From NCBI GenBank assembly GCA_944349735.1, contig CALVNM010000001.1:4222-68221 (forward strand): a DNA stretch of 64,000 nucleotides. The letters run 5' to 3'. Positions 37,927 to 46,419 of the stretch are shown piece by piece; position 1 is the first letter of the stretch, and every line of letters begins with the position of its first letter. A program made the position numbers and the translations under genes. The stretch is from an uncultured Clostridia bacterium. Lineage in GTDB: Bacteria; Bacillota; Clostridia; Christensenellales; DTU072. Under the pieces are notes generated by a model. It was not told where the DNA came from and ran no database searches. It was given only the letters and a program-made list of their open reading frames with translations.

Positions 37927-40113
37927 ATGGTCTACGAAGTCATAGTCGACATCTCCAATTCCGAGACCGACAAGGTATTCGACTATCTTTCGCCATTCCC
38001 GGTAGAGAAAGGCGAAAGGGTGCTCGTACCTTTCGGACGGAGACAGGTCGAAGGCTTCGTGATAGGCGTTAAGGAAAAATCCGATTGCCGATACGATCTG
38101 AAAGACATCATGGTAAGGCTTGACGACCGCCCCGTTATCTTGCCGGAAATGATAGAGCTTGCCGCGCACATGCGCGCTACGGACCTGAGGCTCATAGATT
38201 GCCTGAGGCTGTTCGTACCAAGCAAGCTTCGCGGCGGGAGAGTCAAGGCGCTGACGAGGAATTTCCTTTATTTCGACGATTCCCGCACTCTCGAAGAGGC
38301 GCTCGGTGAAGTAAAACCTTCCGCCAAAGCGCAGCGTGCGATACTTACGGAGCTTTACGATCTGCGTTTTGCGCCCGAGGCGCGCATAAGCGAGAAGCAT
38401 TCCGCATCCGCAGTGAAAGCTCTCGTGGAAAAGGGACTCCTTATCCGTAAGAGTACGGAGCTTAACCGCACGCCCGAAGGGATGATCTACGATGGTAAGC
38501 GCGTCGAACTCACCGACGGACAACGCGAAGCGGTCGGTAAGATAGCGGAAGGCGCCCCCGGTACTTATCTTATACACGGAGTCACGGGAAGCGGCAAAAC
38601 AGAGATATATCTTAACCTCATAGAAAAAACCCTCGCGGAAGGTAAAACGGCGATAATGCTTGTCCCCGAAATCTCGCTTACACCGCAGATGTTAGGGATA
38701 TTCCGCGCGCGTTTCGGCGACATGGTGTCGGTACTTCACAGCGGACTTTCGGACGGCGAAAGGTACGACGAGTGGCGAAGGCTTCTTACGGGCAGCGCCC
38801 GAGTGGCGCTCGGCGCTCGTTCGGCGGTATTCGCTCCGCTCAAGGGCATCGGCGTTATCATCATCGACGAGGAACACGATTCGAGCTATGTTTCCGAGAA
38901 TAATCCGAGATATTTTACTTCGGAGATAGCGGAGTTCAGAAGGGCTTACAACGGCGCAAAACTGGTGCTCGGAAGCGCGACGCCGTCCATAGAAACTTAT
39001 TACAAGGCAGTCAAAGGGGAATATACGCTTATAACCCTTGACAAACGTATAAACCGAATGAAGCTTCCCGAACTCGAGACCGTGGACATGCGAGACGAGA
39101 TACGCGCGGGCAACACGGGCATATTTTCGGCGCGGCTTTTAAGCGGACTCGAACAGACTCTCAAGGACGGCAATCAGGCGATGTTGTTTCTTAATCGCAG
39201 AGGATATGCCTCCTTTTTAAGATGCAGAAGCTGCGGATTCGTGCCCAAATGCCCGTCCTGCGAAGTAAGCCTTACATATCATAAAGAGGACGGTTCATTG
39301 AGGTGCCATTACTGCGGAGCAAAATATCGCGCGATAGATAAATGTCCTGTTTGCGGATACGAGGATCTCAAAGAAGGCAAAACGGGAACCGAAAAAATAG
39401 AAAGTGAAATTAAAAGGATATTTCCGGAAGCACGTGTGCTGCGTATGGATAACGATACCACGCGCCAGCGCGACTCTTATAAAGAGATACTGACGGCTTT
39501 CGGAGCGGGAGAAGCCGACGTGTTGGTAGGCACTCAGATGATAGCGAAAGGACACGATTTCAAGAACGTCACTCTCGTGGGTATCGTCGACGCCGACGTA
39601 GCGTTGTATTATTCCGATTACCGCTCGGCGGAACGCACTTTCCAGCTCATCACGCAGATGGCGGGACGAGCCGGCAGAGAGAGCAAACCCGGCAGGGTCG
39701 TCATGCAGACCTACAGCCCCAATCATTACGTATATAAGTTTGCCAAGAATTACGATTACAGGGGCTTTTTCGAGAAGGAAATAAATACGCGGGAACTTAC
39801 GAAGTATCCGCCGTACAGTAAGATAGTGAGATTGCTCGTATTGTCCGATAACGCCGATTCCGCGAGGGACGCTTCCCGCGCTCTGTGTGCCGAAGTAGTT
39901 TCGCTCAAAGCCAAGACGCCGGGCATTATGCGCGTTCAGGTCATGCCCGCGGCTCTCAAGAAGCTCAGGGATTATTACCGTTATCAGGTCGTGGCGTGGA
40001 TAGACGCGGAGGCGGCTAAGGAGATAATGCCTTACATATACGCGAAAGCCAACGCCGCCAACAGCGCTAAGGTGACTGTCTTTACGGAAGTCAATCCGCA
40101 GCAGATGCTCTGA
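37927..40113 (+). CDS. priA: Primosomal protein N' (replication restart helicase PriA)
   Basis: GVTGSGKTEIYL, DEEHD, and the Cys-rich zinc region CRSCGFVPKCPSCEVSLTYHKEDGSLRCHYCG...CPVCG. Confidence 0.95.
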   Translation: MVYEVIVDISNSETDKVFDYLSPFPVEKGERVLVPFGRRQVEGFVIGVKEKSDCRYDLKDIMVRLDDRPVILPEMIELAAHMRATDLRLIDCLRLFVPSKLRGGRVKALTRNFLYFDDSRTLEEALGEVKPSAKAQRAILTELYDLRFAPEARISEKHSASAVKALVEKGLLIRKSTELNRTPEGMIYDGKRVELTDGQREAVGKIAEGAPGTYLIHGVTGSGKTEIYLNLIEKTLAEGKTAIMLVPEISLTPQMLGIFRARFGDMVSVLHSGLSDGERYDEWRRLLTGSARVALGARSAVFAPLKGIGVIIIDEEHDSSYVSENNPRYFTSEIAEFRRAYNGAKLVLGSATPSIETYYKAVKGEYTLITLDKRINRMKLPELETVDMRDEIRAGNTGIFSARLLSGLEQTLKDGNQAMLFLNRRGYASFLRCRSCGFVPKCPSCEVSLTYHKEDGSLRCHYCGAKYRAIDKCPVCGYEDLKEGKTGTEKIESEIKRIFPEARVLRMDNDTTRQRDSYKEILTAFGAGEADVLVGTQMIAKGHDFKNVTLVGIVDADVALYYSDYRSAERTFQLITQMAGRAGRESKPGRVVMQTYSPNHYVYKFAKNYDYRGFFEKEINTRELTKYPPYSKIVRLLVLSDNADSARDASRALCAEVVSLKAKTPGIMRVQVMPAALKKLRDYYRYQVVAWIDAEAAKEIMPYIYAKANAANSAKVTVFTEVNPQQML

Positions 40114-40159
40114 AGAAAACGAACATACGCGGCGTTATGCGCCGCAGAGGTGAAAGGAT

Positions 40160-40618
40160 ATGGCATTAAGAAATATTTTTCAGGAAGGAGAACCGATATT
40201 GAGAAGGATCGCGCGCGAAGTGACCGTATTCGACGCGAGGCTGCATATTCTTCTCGACGACATGGCGGAGACCATGCGTAAAGCCAACGGCGTGGGACTT
40301 GCGGGTCCGCAGGTAGGAATTTCCCGCAGAGTGGTCGTGATAGAACCCGAAGAAGGCGAACTGACGGAGATGATCAATCCCGTTATAAGCGACACCGCGG
40401 GAGAACAGATAGGCGCCGAAGGCTGTCTTTCGGTGGATTCTTCCAAGAACTGCCAGGTCAAGCGCCCGATGTCTCTCACGATCACGTATTTCGACAGGAA
40501 CGGTAAGAAACATACCGAACGCGCCGAAGGATGGAAAGCGCGCGTGATATGTCACGAGTGCGATCACCTCGACGGCATACTTTTCATAGATAAGCCTTAC
40601 GGGGGAAAGAAAAAATGA
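40160..40618 (+). CDS. def: Peptide deformylase
   Basis: GVGLAGPQVG, EGCLS and HECDHLDG motifs. Confidence 0.96.
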   Translation: MALRNIFQEGEPILRRIAREVTVFDARLHILLDDMAETMRKANGVGLAGPQVGISRRVVVIEPEEGELTEMINPVISDTAGEQIGAEGCLSVDSSKNCQVKRPMSLTITYFDRNGKKHTERAEGWKARVICHECDHLDGILFIDKPYGGKKK

Positions 40619-41544
40619 AAGTGATATTCCTCGGGACGGGAGATTTTTCGCTTACGGTGCTGAAAGCGGTGCATAAAAGCGCGCACGAAGTGGTCGCCGT
40701 GGTAGCTCAACCCGACAAGGTTAACGCGCGTAACGGAAAAAAGCTCTTTTCGCCCGTCAAAAGCTACGCTCTCGAAGAGGGATTGAAACTCTTTCAATTC
40801 GAAAAGATCAATAACTGTACGGGCGAACTGCGTTCGCTAGGCGCCGACATAATGATCACTTCGGCGTACGGTCAGCTTCTATCGCGCGAAGTGCTTGCGT
40901 TGTGCCGCTACGGGGTAATCAATACACACGCGTCGTTACTGCCGGCATACCGCGGCGCGGCGCCTATCCAAAGCGCGATCTTGAACGGAGACGAGGTGAT
41001 AGGCACGACGATAATGCGTACCGAATACGAGATGGATACCGGCGACATCATACTGCAACGTTCAGTCCGTCTTCGCGGCGACGAGAATTCCGAGGAATGC
41101 TTCGGCATTCTCGCGGAACTATCGGCAGCGCTTGCGGTGGAAGCCCTCGACGAAATCGAGCGCGGGATTGCGACGTATACGCCGCAGGACGACACGCGTG
41201 CGACATATTGCCGCAAATTCGTGAAAGAGGACGGCAAAATGGATTTCTCTCTCACGGCGGCGGAACTTGCGCGCAGAGTGCGCGCTTTCTACGGCTTCCC
41301 GGGAACGTTCTGCAACACTCCCAACGGAAGACTCAAAGTGATCAAAGCAGAAGTTTCTTCAAAGGCTCCCGAAGAAGGCGTATGCGGCGAAGTCGTAGCA
41401 GCCGACAAGCAAGGGATAACGGTCAGATGCGGCGGTAATACCGCGCTAACGTTCCTCGTCGTACAAGGCGAGGGAGCGCGTGCGATGAGCGCGAGAGATT
41501 ATCTTTTAGGGAAGAAGCTTCCCGTGGGAACGGTACTCGGCTGA
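40615..41544 (+). CDS. fmt: Methionyl-tRNA formyltransferase
   Basis: MKVIFLGTGDF, the INTHASLLPAYRGAAPIQ motif, and the C-terminal Fmt domain. Overlaps the def stop. Confidence 0.94.
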   Translation: MKVIFLGTGDFSLTVLKAVHKSAHEVVAVVAQPDKVNARNGKKLFSPVKSYALEEGLKLFQFEKINNCTGELRSLGADIMITSAYGQLLSREVLALCRYGVINTHASLLPAYRGAAPIQSAILNGDEVIGTTIMRTEYEMDTGDIILQRSVRLRGDENSEECFGILAELSAALAVEALDEIERGIATYTPQDDTRATYCRKFVKEDGKMDFSLTAAELARRVRAFYGFPGTFCNTPNGRLKVIKAEVSSKAPEEGVCGEVVAADKQGITVRCGGNTALTFLVVQGEGARAMSARDYLLGKKLPVGTVLG

Positions 41545-42779
41545 TGGACGTACCGACTCTCAGGAAAAGTTATACGATACTCGATTCGGTATTGCGCGGC
41601 GGCGCGTACCTCAATATCGAACTCAATTCGCTTAAAGACGATAACGATAAAAATACCGTGGTGAAAATAGTCTACGGTACTCTCGAGAATTATTACGAAT
41701 GTGCGTACGTACTCGATGCGCTCGTACTCAGACCGCCGAAAGCCAAGTTCCGCGCGCTGTTTCTTCAGGCTATATACGCATTGCGCCATCTTGACGCGGC
41801 GAAATATGCCGTAGTCAACGCGAGCGTGGAATTGTCGGCGAAGATCGGCGGCGCGGAGATCAAAGGCTTCGTGAACGCGGTGTTGAAAAGGGTAGCAAAA
41901 GGCGAACCCGAGGAGATGCCGGATCCTGCGAGCGAGAAAGGACGGGAGATCGCGCTGAACGCTCCGTCATGGCTCATCGATAAATTGGAAAACGAAGGTT
42001 ATGACGCGGAGAACGCGTTGCGCGCGCGAAGCAACAAGCGAAAGCACGTTCGTCTAAGCGCTAAATGCCGGGAGGGCGAAACTGCGCTGGGCGAGGAAGC
42101 CGGAGCGGAGCGAAGCGAATCGGGAGGATATTTCGTCGCCGTCACGCCGCGCGTTACGGCGCTCGTCGGCGAAGGCAAAGCCACTTTCCAGTCGCCTTCT
42201 TCCATGGAAGCGGTGCTGGCGTTCGGGGACGTATGCGGCAAAAGCTTCCTCGATCTATGCGCAGCTCCGGGAGGCAAAGCGGTATTCGCCGCAGAGCGAG
42301 GGGCGTCAGTCACGGCGTGCGACGTGCATCCGCACAGGACGGAACTTATCAGGGCTTACGCCGAGCGTATCGGCGTTGACTTGAAAGCGGAAGTAAACGA
42401 CGGGACCGTGTACAGAAGAGACTTCGATTCCCGTTTCGATTGCGTGCTTATAGACGCGCCCTGCTCCGGATTGGGTATACTGTCCTCGAGACCGGACATA
42501 GTGCTTAACAGGCAGCCGTCGGATTTCCGGTCTCTTGCCGAAATACAGAAAAAACTTCTCCTCACCGGTTCAAGATATGTGGCGATAGGCGGCTTGCTCG
42601 TATATTCCACCTGTACGCTGTCTCGCGCGGAGAACGAAGGACAGATAAATGAGTTTTTGAAAAATAACGGCGAATTCCGTATCGAAGGCTACGGAATAGT
42701 CCCGGAAGGTATGCGCACCATTTTGCCGGACGACAGAATGGACGGATTCTTCATCGCAAGGCTAAGGAGACAGCCATGA
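41544..42779 (+). CDS. rsmB: 16S rRNA (cytosine967-C5)-methyltransferase RsmB-like
   Basis: NusB-like N-terminus, SAM motif DLCAAPGGK, catalytic DAPCSG and YSTCT motifs. TGATG overlap with fmt. Confidence 0.88.
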   Translation: MDVPTLRKSYTILDSVLRGGAYLNIELNSLKDDNDKNTVVKIVYGTLENYYECAYVLDALVLRPPKAKFRALFLQAIYALRHLDAAKYAVVNASVELSAKIGGAEIKGFVNAVLKRVAKGEPEEMPDPASEKGREIALNAPSWLIDKLENEGYDAENALRARSNKRKHVRLSAKCREGETALGEEAGAERSESGGYFVAVTPRVTALVGEGKATFQSPSSMEAVLAFGDVCGKSFLDLCAAPGGKAVFAAERGASVTACDVHPHRTELIRAYAERIGVDLKAEVNDGTVYRRDFDSRFDCVLIDAPCSGLGILSSRPDIVLNRQPSDFRSLAEIQKKLLLTGSRYVAIGGLLVYSTCTLSRAENEGQINEFLKNNGEFRIEGYGIVPEGMRTILPDDRMDGFFIARLRRQP

Positions 42780-43852
42780 AATTGCTTCAGGATCTTAGTT
42801 ACGCAGAACTTAACGAACTTGTCGGAAGATACGGCGAGCCGTCTTTCCGCGCGGCGCAGCTCTATTCGCTTGCGATGCGTCATAAGGAGTACGAAGAAGC
42901 CACTAACCTTCCCAAAAAGTTTCTCGTTGCTCTTTCGGAGGAGTATTACGCGACGGCTCTCGAAATAACTGAGACGTACCGAGGTAAAGACGGCGCGGAG
43001 AAATATCTTTTCAGCCTCCGCGACGGCTGCGTTATTGAGGGCGTTTATATGCCTCATAATTACGGCGACACGCTGTGCGTATCCACACAGGTAGGTTGTC
43101 GCATGGGCTGCGTATTTTGCGCGAGCGGACTTAACGGGCTTGTAAGAAATCTCAGCGCCGGCGAAATGCTTGCCGAAGTCCTTGCGGTCAACAGATTGCA
43201 CGGCGGAACGCCCGAGAAGCGCGCCGTGACCAATATAGTTTTGATGGGCTCGGGCGAACCGCTCGACAATTACTACAACGTTACCAAATTCCTGAGACTC
43301 GTTTCCGACGAACGCGGGATAAATATAAGCTTGAGGAATATATCTCTTTCCACCTGCGGGCTTGCCGACAAGATACGCAAACTTGCCGATTCGGGGCTTG
43401 CCGTAACGCTCACGGTATCGTTACATGCGGCGACCGACGAGAAGCGTTCGGCGTTGCTCCCCGTCAACCGCAAGTATCCGATAGCGGAAGTTTTGGACGC
43501 GGTAAAGTATTACTTTGCGAAAACGGGCAGGAGGATAATATTCGAGTACGCGCTTGCGGAAGGTAAAAACGCGGACGTTAAAAGCGCTACAGAACTTGCC
43601 GAGCTTGTAAAAGGCATCAACTGTCACGTGAATCTTATCAATCTCAATTACGTGAAAGAGCGGGGTATGCGCGGGATCGCCTCTGGCGAAATCAAAGAGT
43701 TCATGCAGACACTCGAGAGCCGCGGCGTATCCGTTACTCTGAGACGCAGCATGGGTAACGACATAGGCGGAGCATGCGGTCAATTGAGAGCGCGATATAT
43801 AGCGGAACGCGGCGCGTCGCCAAAAGGCGCGGAAGCGGAGGAGGAGAAATGA
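42776..43852 (+). CDS. rlmN: 23S rRNA/tRNA (adenine-C2)-methyltransferase RlmN (radical SAM)
   Basis: FRAAQLYS, CVSTQVGCRMGCVFCASG, GEPLDNY, SLH, and the C-terminal CGQL motif. Confidence 0.94.
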   Translation: MKLLQDLSYAELNELVGRYGEPSFRAAQLYSLAMRHKEYEEATNLPKKFLVALSEEYYATALEITETYRGKDGAEKYLFSLRDGCVIEGVYMPHNYGDTLCVSTQVGCRMGCVFCASGLNGLVRNLSAGEMLAEVLAVNRLHGGTPEKRAVTNIVLMGSGEPLDNYYNVTKFLRLVSDERGINISLRNISLSTCGLADKIRKLADSGLAVTLTVSLHAATDEKRSALLPVNRKYPIAEVLDAVKYYFAKTGRRIIFEYALAEGKNADVKSATELAELVKGINCHVNLINLNYVKERGMRGIASGEIKEFMQTLESRGVSVTLRRSMGNDIGGACGQLRARYIAERGASPKGAEAEEEK

Positions 43853-44718
43853 GAGGCGTAGACGGGACGGTAACGTCGATAGTGGCTAACAGATATACCG
43901 TCAAATGCGGCAACAAAGAATATACCGCATATGCGCGCGGTAAACTGCGCCGCGACGGCGACATATACGTCGGGGACAAAGTGGCTGTCGTATTCGAGCG
44001 CGGGGAAGCTGTCATCGACGCCGTAAAACCGCGTACAAATTCGCTTATCCGTCCGTATGTCGCAAACGTGGACGCCGCTCTTATAGTTATAGCGAAAGAA
44101 CCCGAACCCGACATGCTTCTCGTAGACAAGATAATAGTGAATTGCTACGTCGAGGGTATAAAGCCGGTGATATGTTATAATAAATGCGAGCTTGCCGGAG
44201 AGGGCGAGATAGCCAAACTGCTCGAACCGTACCGTAGTTTCATGGATTGCATAGAAGTTTCCGCAGAAGAAAAACGCGGTTTCGGGGATCTCGCCGCATT
44301 CGTGGAGGGTAAGACCGTATGTCTTGCAGGACAGAGCGCGGTAGGCAAGACGTCGCTTCTCAACGCGCTTCTCGATCTTAACCTCAAGACAGACGGCTTG
44401 TCGAGAAAGGTGAAGAGGGGGAAAAACACGACGAGACACGTGGAGATATACGAAGCTCTCGGCGGCAACATAATGGACACCTGCGGTTTCAGCATGCTGA
44501 CGCTCGTCGATCTCAAGCCGGAGGAACTCACCTACTATTACGAGGATTTCATCAAATATCAGGACGAATGCAGGTATCGCGGCTGTACGCATACCGAGGA
44601 GCCTGACTGCGCTGTTAAGAAAGCCGTCGCGGAAGAGGCTCTTGACAAAGGACGTTATATGCGGTATCTTGAAATCTACGGAGAACTTAAAGAAAACAGG
44701 AGGAAGCTGTATGACTGA
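43849..44718 (+). CDS. rsgA: Ribosome small subunit-dependent GTPase A
   Basis: OB-fold N-terminus, circularly permuted GTPase (NKCEL...GQSAVGKTSLLNAL), zinc knuckle CRYRGCTHTEEPDCAV. ATG 43849 follows GGAGGAGGAG and overlaps the rlmN stop (ATGA). Confidence 0.92.
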   Translation: MRGVDGTVTSIVANRYTVKCGNKEYTAYARGKLRRDGDIYVGDKVAVVFERGEAVIDAVKPRTNSLIRPYVANVDAALIVIAKEPEPDMLLVDKIIVNCYVEGIKPVICYNKCELAGEGEIAKLLEPYRSFMDCIEVSAEEKRGFGDLAAFVEGKTVCLAGQSAVGKTSLLNALLDLNLKTDGLSRKVKRGKNTTRHVEIYEALGGNIMDTCGFSMLTLVDLKPEELTYYYEDFIKYQDECRYRGCTHTEEPDCAVKKAVAEEALDKGRYMRYLEIYGELKENRRKLYD

Positions 44719-45367
44719 CATCATCGTATCGCCTTCGATACTTGCCGGCGATTTTGCCAATATGGAGAAAAGTGTGCGCGCTCTCGGCGAGTGGGGCGCG
44801 GACTACGTGCATTGCGACGTTATGGACGGAGTCTACGTCAGGAATCTTACCTTCGGAATGCCGATGATCGCGGCTATCAAGAAGATCTCGCCGCTTCCTC
44901 TCGACGTGCATCTCATGATAACGGAGCCGGAAAGGTACGTCGGCGAATTCGTAAAATGCGGGGCCGATATAGTAACCTTCCATCCCGACGCCAGCAAATG
45001 TCCCGAAAAAGCTCTCGACGAGATACGCGCTTCCGGAGCGAAAGCGGGCATCGTCATAAACCCCGACGTGTCTTTCGATAAGTACAAACATCTTCTCGTT
45101 AAGTGCGATGTGCTTCTCGTGATGAGCGTCTACGCGGGATTAGGCGGTCAGAAGTTCATACCGGAGACGCTCGATACGGTACGCGCCGCCGCAAAATATA
45201 TAAAAGAGAACGGTCTCGACATCATTATCGAGATCGACGGCGGAGTAGGGGAAGGCAATGCCGCCGCGGTCGCGGAAGCGGGAGTACGCATGATAGTGGC
45301 GGGTTCCGCCGTGTATAAATCGGACGATCCCGCACGTACGATCCGTATTTTACGCGGGATAAGGTAA
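44711..45367 (+). CDS. rpe: Ribulose-phosphate 3-epimerase
   Basis: IVSPSILAGDFANM, HCDVMDG, DVHLM, and the C-terminal DGG..AG motif. ATG 44711 follows AGGAGGAAG. Confidence 0.94.
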   Translation: MTDIIVSPSILAGDFANMEKSVRALGEWGADYVHCDVMDGVYVRNLTFGMPMIAAIKKISPLPLDVHLMITEPERYVGEFVKCGADIVTFHPDASKCPEKALDEIRASGAKAGIVINPDVSFDKYKHLLVKCDVLLVMSVYAGLGGQKFIPETLDTVRAAAKYIKENGLDIIIEIDGGVGEGNAAAVAEAGVRMIVAGSAVYKSDDPARTIRILRGIR

Positions 45368-45410
45368 CCTTTACCGCGCGGCTGACATATACTGGGGTAA
45401 CGGAGATAGA

Positions 45411-45494
45411 ATGAGAATAGTTTGTATCAGTTGTCCCGCCGTGCTTAAACCCATAGTCCGTCTGATCAAAAAACTTTGTTCCGACGCAAAATAA
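45411..45494 (+). CDS. spoVM: SpoVM-like sporulation micro-protein (27 aa; below the ORF-track size cutoff)
   Basis: Hand-found ORF ATG..TAA encoding MRIVCISCPAVLKPIVRLIKKLCSDAK. SD GGAGA lies 5 nt upstream. It sits between rpe and the oppositely oriented rpmB, where spoVM sits in B. subtilis (MKFYTIKLPKFLGGIVRAMLGSFRKD as I remember it; shared M1, I6, P9, L12, I15-V16-R17). It is followed by a hairpin at 45522-45544. A CATATACT box (45386-45393) weakly resembles a sigma-E -10. Confidence 0.55.
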   Translation: MRIVCISCPAVLKPIVRLIKKLCSDAK

Positions 45495-45521
45495 CGTTCG
45501 CCGCATGTAAGGCTAAACAAA

Positions 45522-45544
45522 AGCGTTCCCGTTACGGGAACGCT
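45522..45544. terminator. Hairpin terminator, probably bidirectional (rpe-spoVM on +, back-up for rpmB on -)
   Basis: AGCGTTCCCG (45522-45531), loop TTA, CGGGAACGCT (45535-45544). On the minus strand it is followed by TTTTGTTT, and on the plus strand by TTATGT. Confidence 0.6.
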
Positions 45545-45580
45545 TTATGTCGTCAGGCATGATATATGTTGTAAATATAG

Positions 45581-45604
45581 AAAAACTGTCGCCGCAGGCG
45601 ACAG
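45581..45604 (-). terminator. Rho-independent terminator of rpmB
   Basis: The minus strand reads CTGTCGCC-TGC-GGCGACAG followed by TTTTT (plus-strand AAAAA 45581-45585), about 45 nt downstream of the rpmB stop. Confidence 0.7.
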
Positions 45605-45648
45605 CGATCGTTAGCGCCCGCCGAGGGCGCCGCGACGAATAGGACGGA

Positions 45649-45840
45649 TTATTCTTTGTCCGCTTTCTTCATCGTGCGCAGGCAACGCGTGCACACATAG
45701 GCGTTACGGACTTTGCCGTCGATCTCTATATCCACTTTCTGGACGTTGGCGGTCCAGCTTCTTCTAGTCTTGATATTACTGTGGCTCACTTTGTTGCCGC
45801 TCATAGTGCCTTTGCCGCATATACTGCATACTTTAGACAT
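45649..45840 (-). CDS. rpmB: 50S ribosomal protein L28 (zinc-ribbon, C+ form)
   Basis: MSKVCSICGKGTMSGNKVSHSNIKTRRSWTANVQK... with the CxxC...CxxC pair. SD GGAGGT upstream. Confidence 0.95.
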   Translation of the reverse strand: MSKVCSICGKGTMSGNKVSHSNIKTRRSWTANVQKVDIEIDGKVRNAYVCTRCLRTMKKADKE

Positions 45841-45873
45841 CGTTGTACCTCCTGCGTTATTTCGCGCTTACGT

Positions 45874-45902
45874 ATTATACAAAATATTTATCGGTTTGGC
45901 AA
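45874..45902 (-). promoter_or_regulatory. Sigma-A promoter for rpmB
   Basis: The minus strand reads TTGCCA (45902-45897), a 17 nt spacer ending in TG, then TATAAT (45879-45874). Confidence 0.6.
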
Positions 45903-46037
45903 CAGTTTTCACGTACCTTTTATAATTTACTTGCAAAATATCCGGTATTGCTATATTATATATAATATCGATAAGTACGCGCACGCGTGGAGCGGGAGCG
46001 AAACGGAGCGCATGCGTGCTTACCGCGACGGAGAAAT

Positions 46038-46388
46038 ATGGCGCTCACGACTACTAATATTTACGGCAACATCAATATAAGCGACCAGGCTGTAGCTATA
46101 ATCGTAAGCAGGATCACGCTCGATTGCTACGGTGTCGTCGAGCTTGCGAGCCGCCGTCTGAGCGACAGCATAATGATGCTTTTCAACAAGGAGCCTCTCG
46201 GCAAAGGGGTCAAGATCGTCACGATGGATAACCGCATATTCGTGGAACTCTACGTCATACTCAAAGACGGAGTAAACCGCGAAGCCGTCACCGAGAGCCT
46301 CGAATCGAGCGTTCAGTACAATGTCGAACACCTGACCGGCATGAGGGTAAAAAGCGTCATCGTTCACGTCGTGGGAGTAAAGTTATAG
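46038..46388 (+). CDS. Asp23/Gls24 family envelope stress protein (YloU-like)
   Basis: MALTTTNIYGNINISDQAVAIIVSRITLDCYGVVEL is typical of Asp23/DUF322. Its position before the DAK2 gene matches B. subtilis yloU-yloV. ATG 46038 follows GGAGAAA. Confidence 0.85.
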   Translation: MALTTTNIYGNINISDQAVAIIVSRITLDCYGVVELASRRLSDSIMMLFNKEPLGKGVKIVTMDNRIFVELYVILKDGVNREAVTESLESSVQYNVEHLTGMRVKSVIVHVVGVKL

Positions 46389-46419
46389 AAATGGCGAAGT
46401 AATTCGGTTAAGGATATAG

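Noticed and set aside
45225-45506. 93 aa minus-strand ORF covering the rpe 3' end and the rpe-rpmB spacer
   Set aside because: It overlaps the rpe coding sequence in antisense. It has no SD and lies downstream of the rpmB terminators. The plus-strand SpoVM-like micro-ORF with an SD is a better explanation for this spacer.
45713-46080. Plus-strand ORFs 45713..45925 and 45781..46080 across rpmB and its promoter region
   Set aside because: They are antisense to rpmB or run through an AT-rich divergent promoter region. They are hydrophobic or low-complexity with no SD. The upstream part of track ORF 45987..46388 is likewise replaced by the Asp23 start at 46038, which has an SD.
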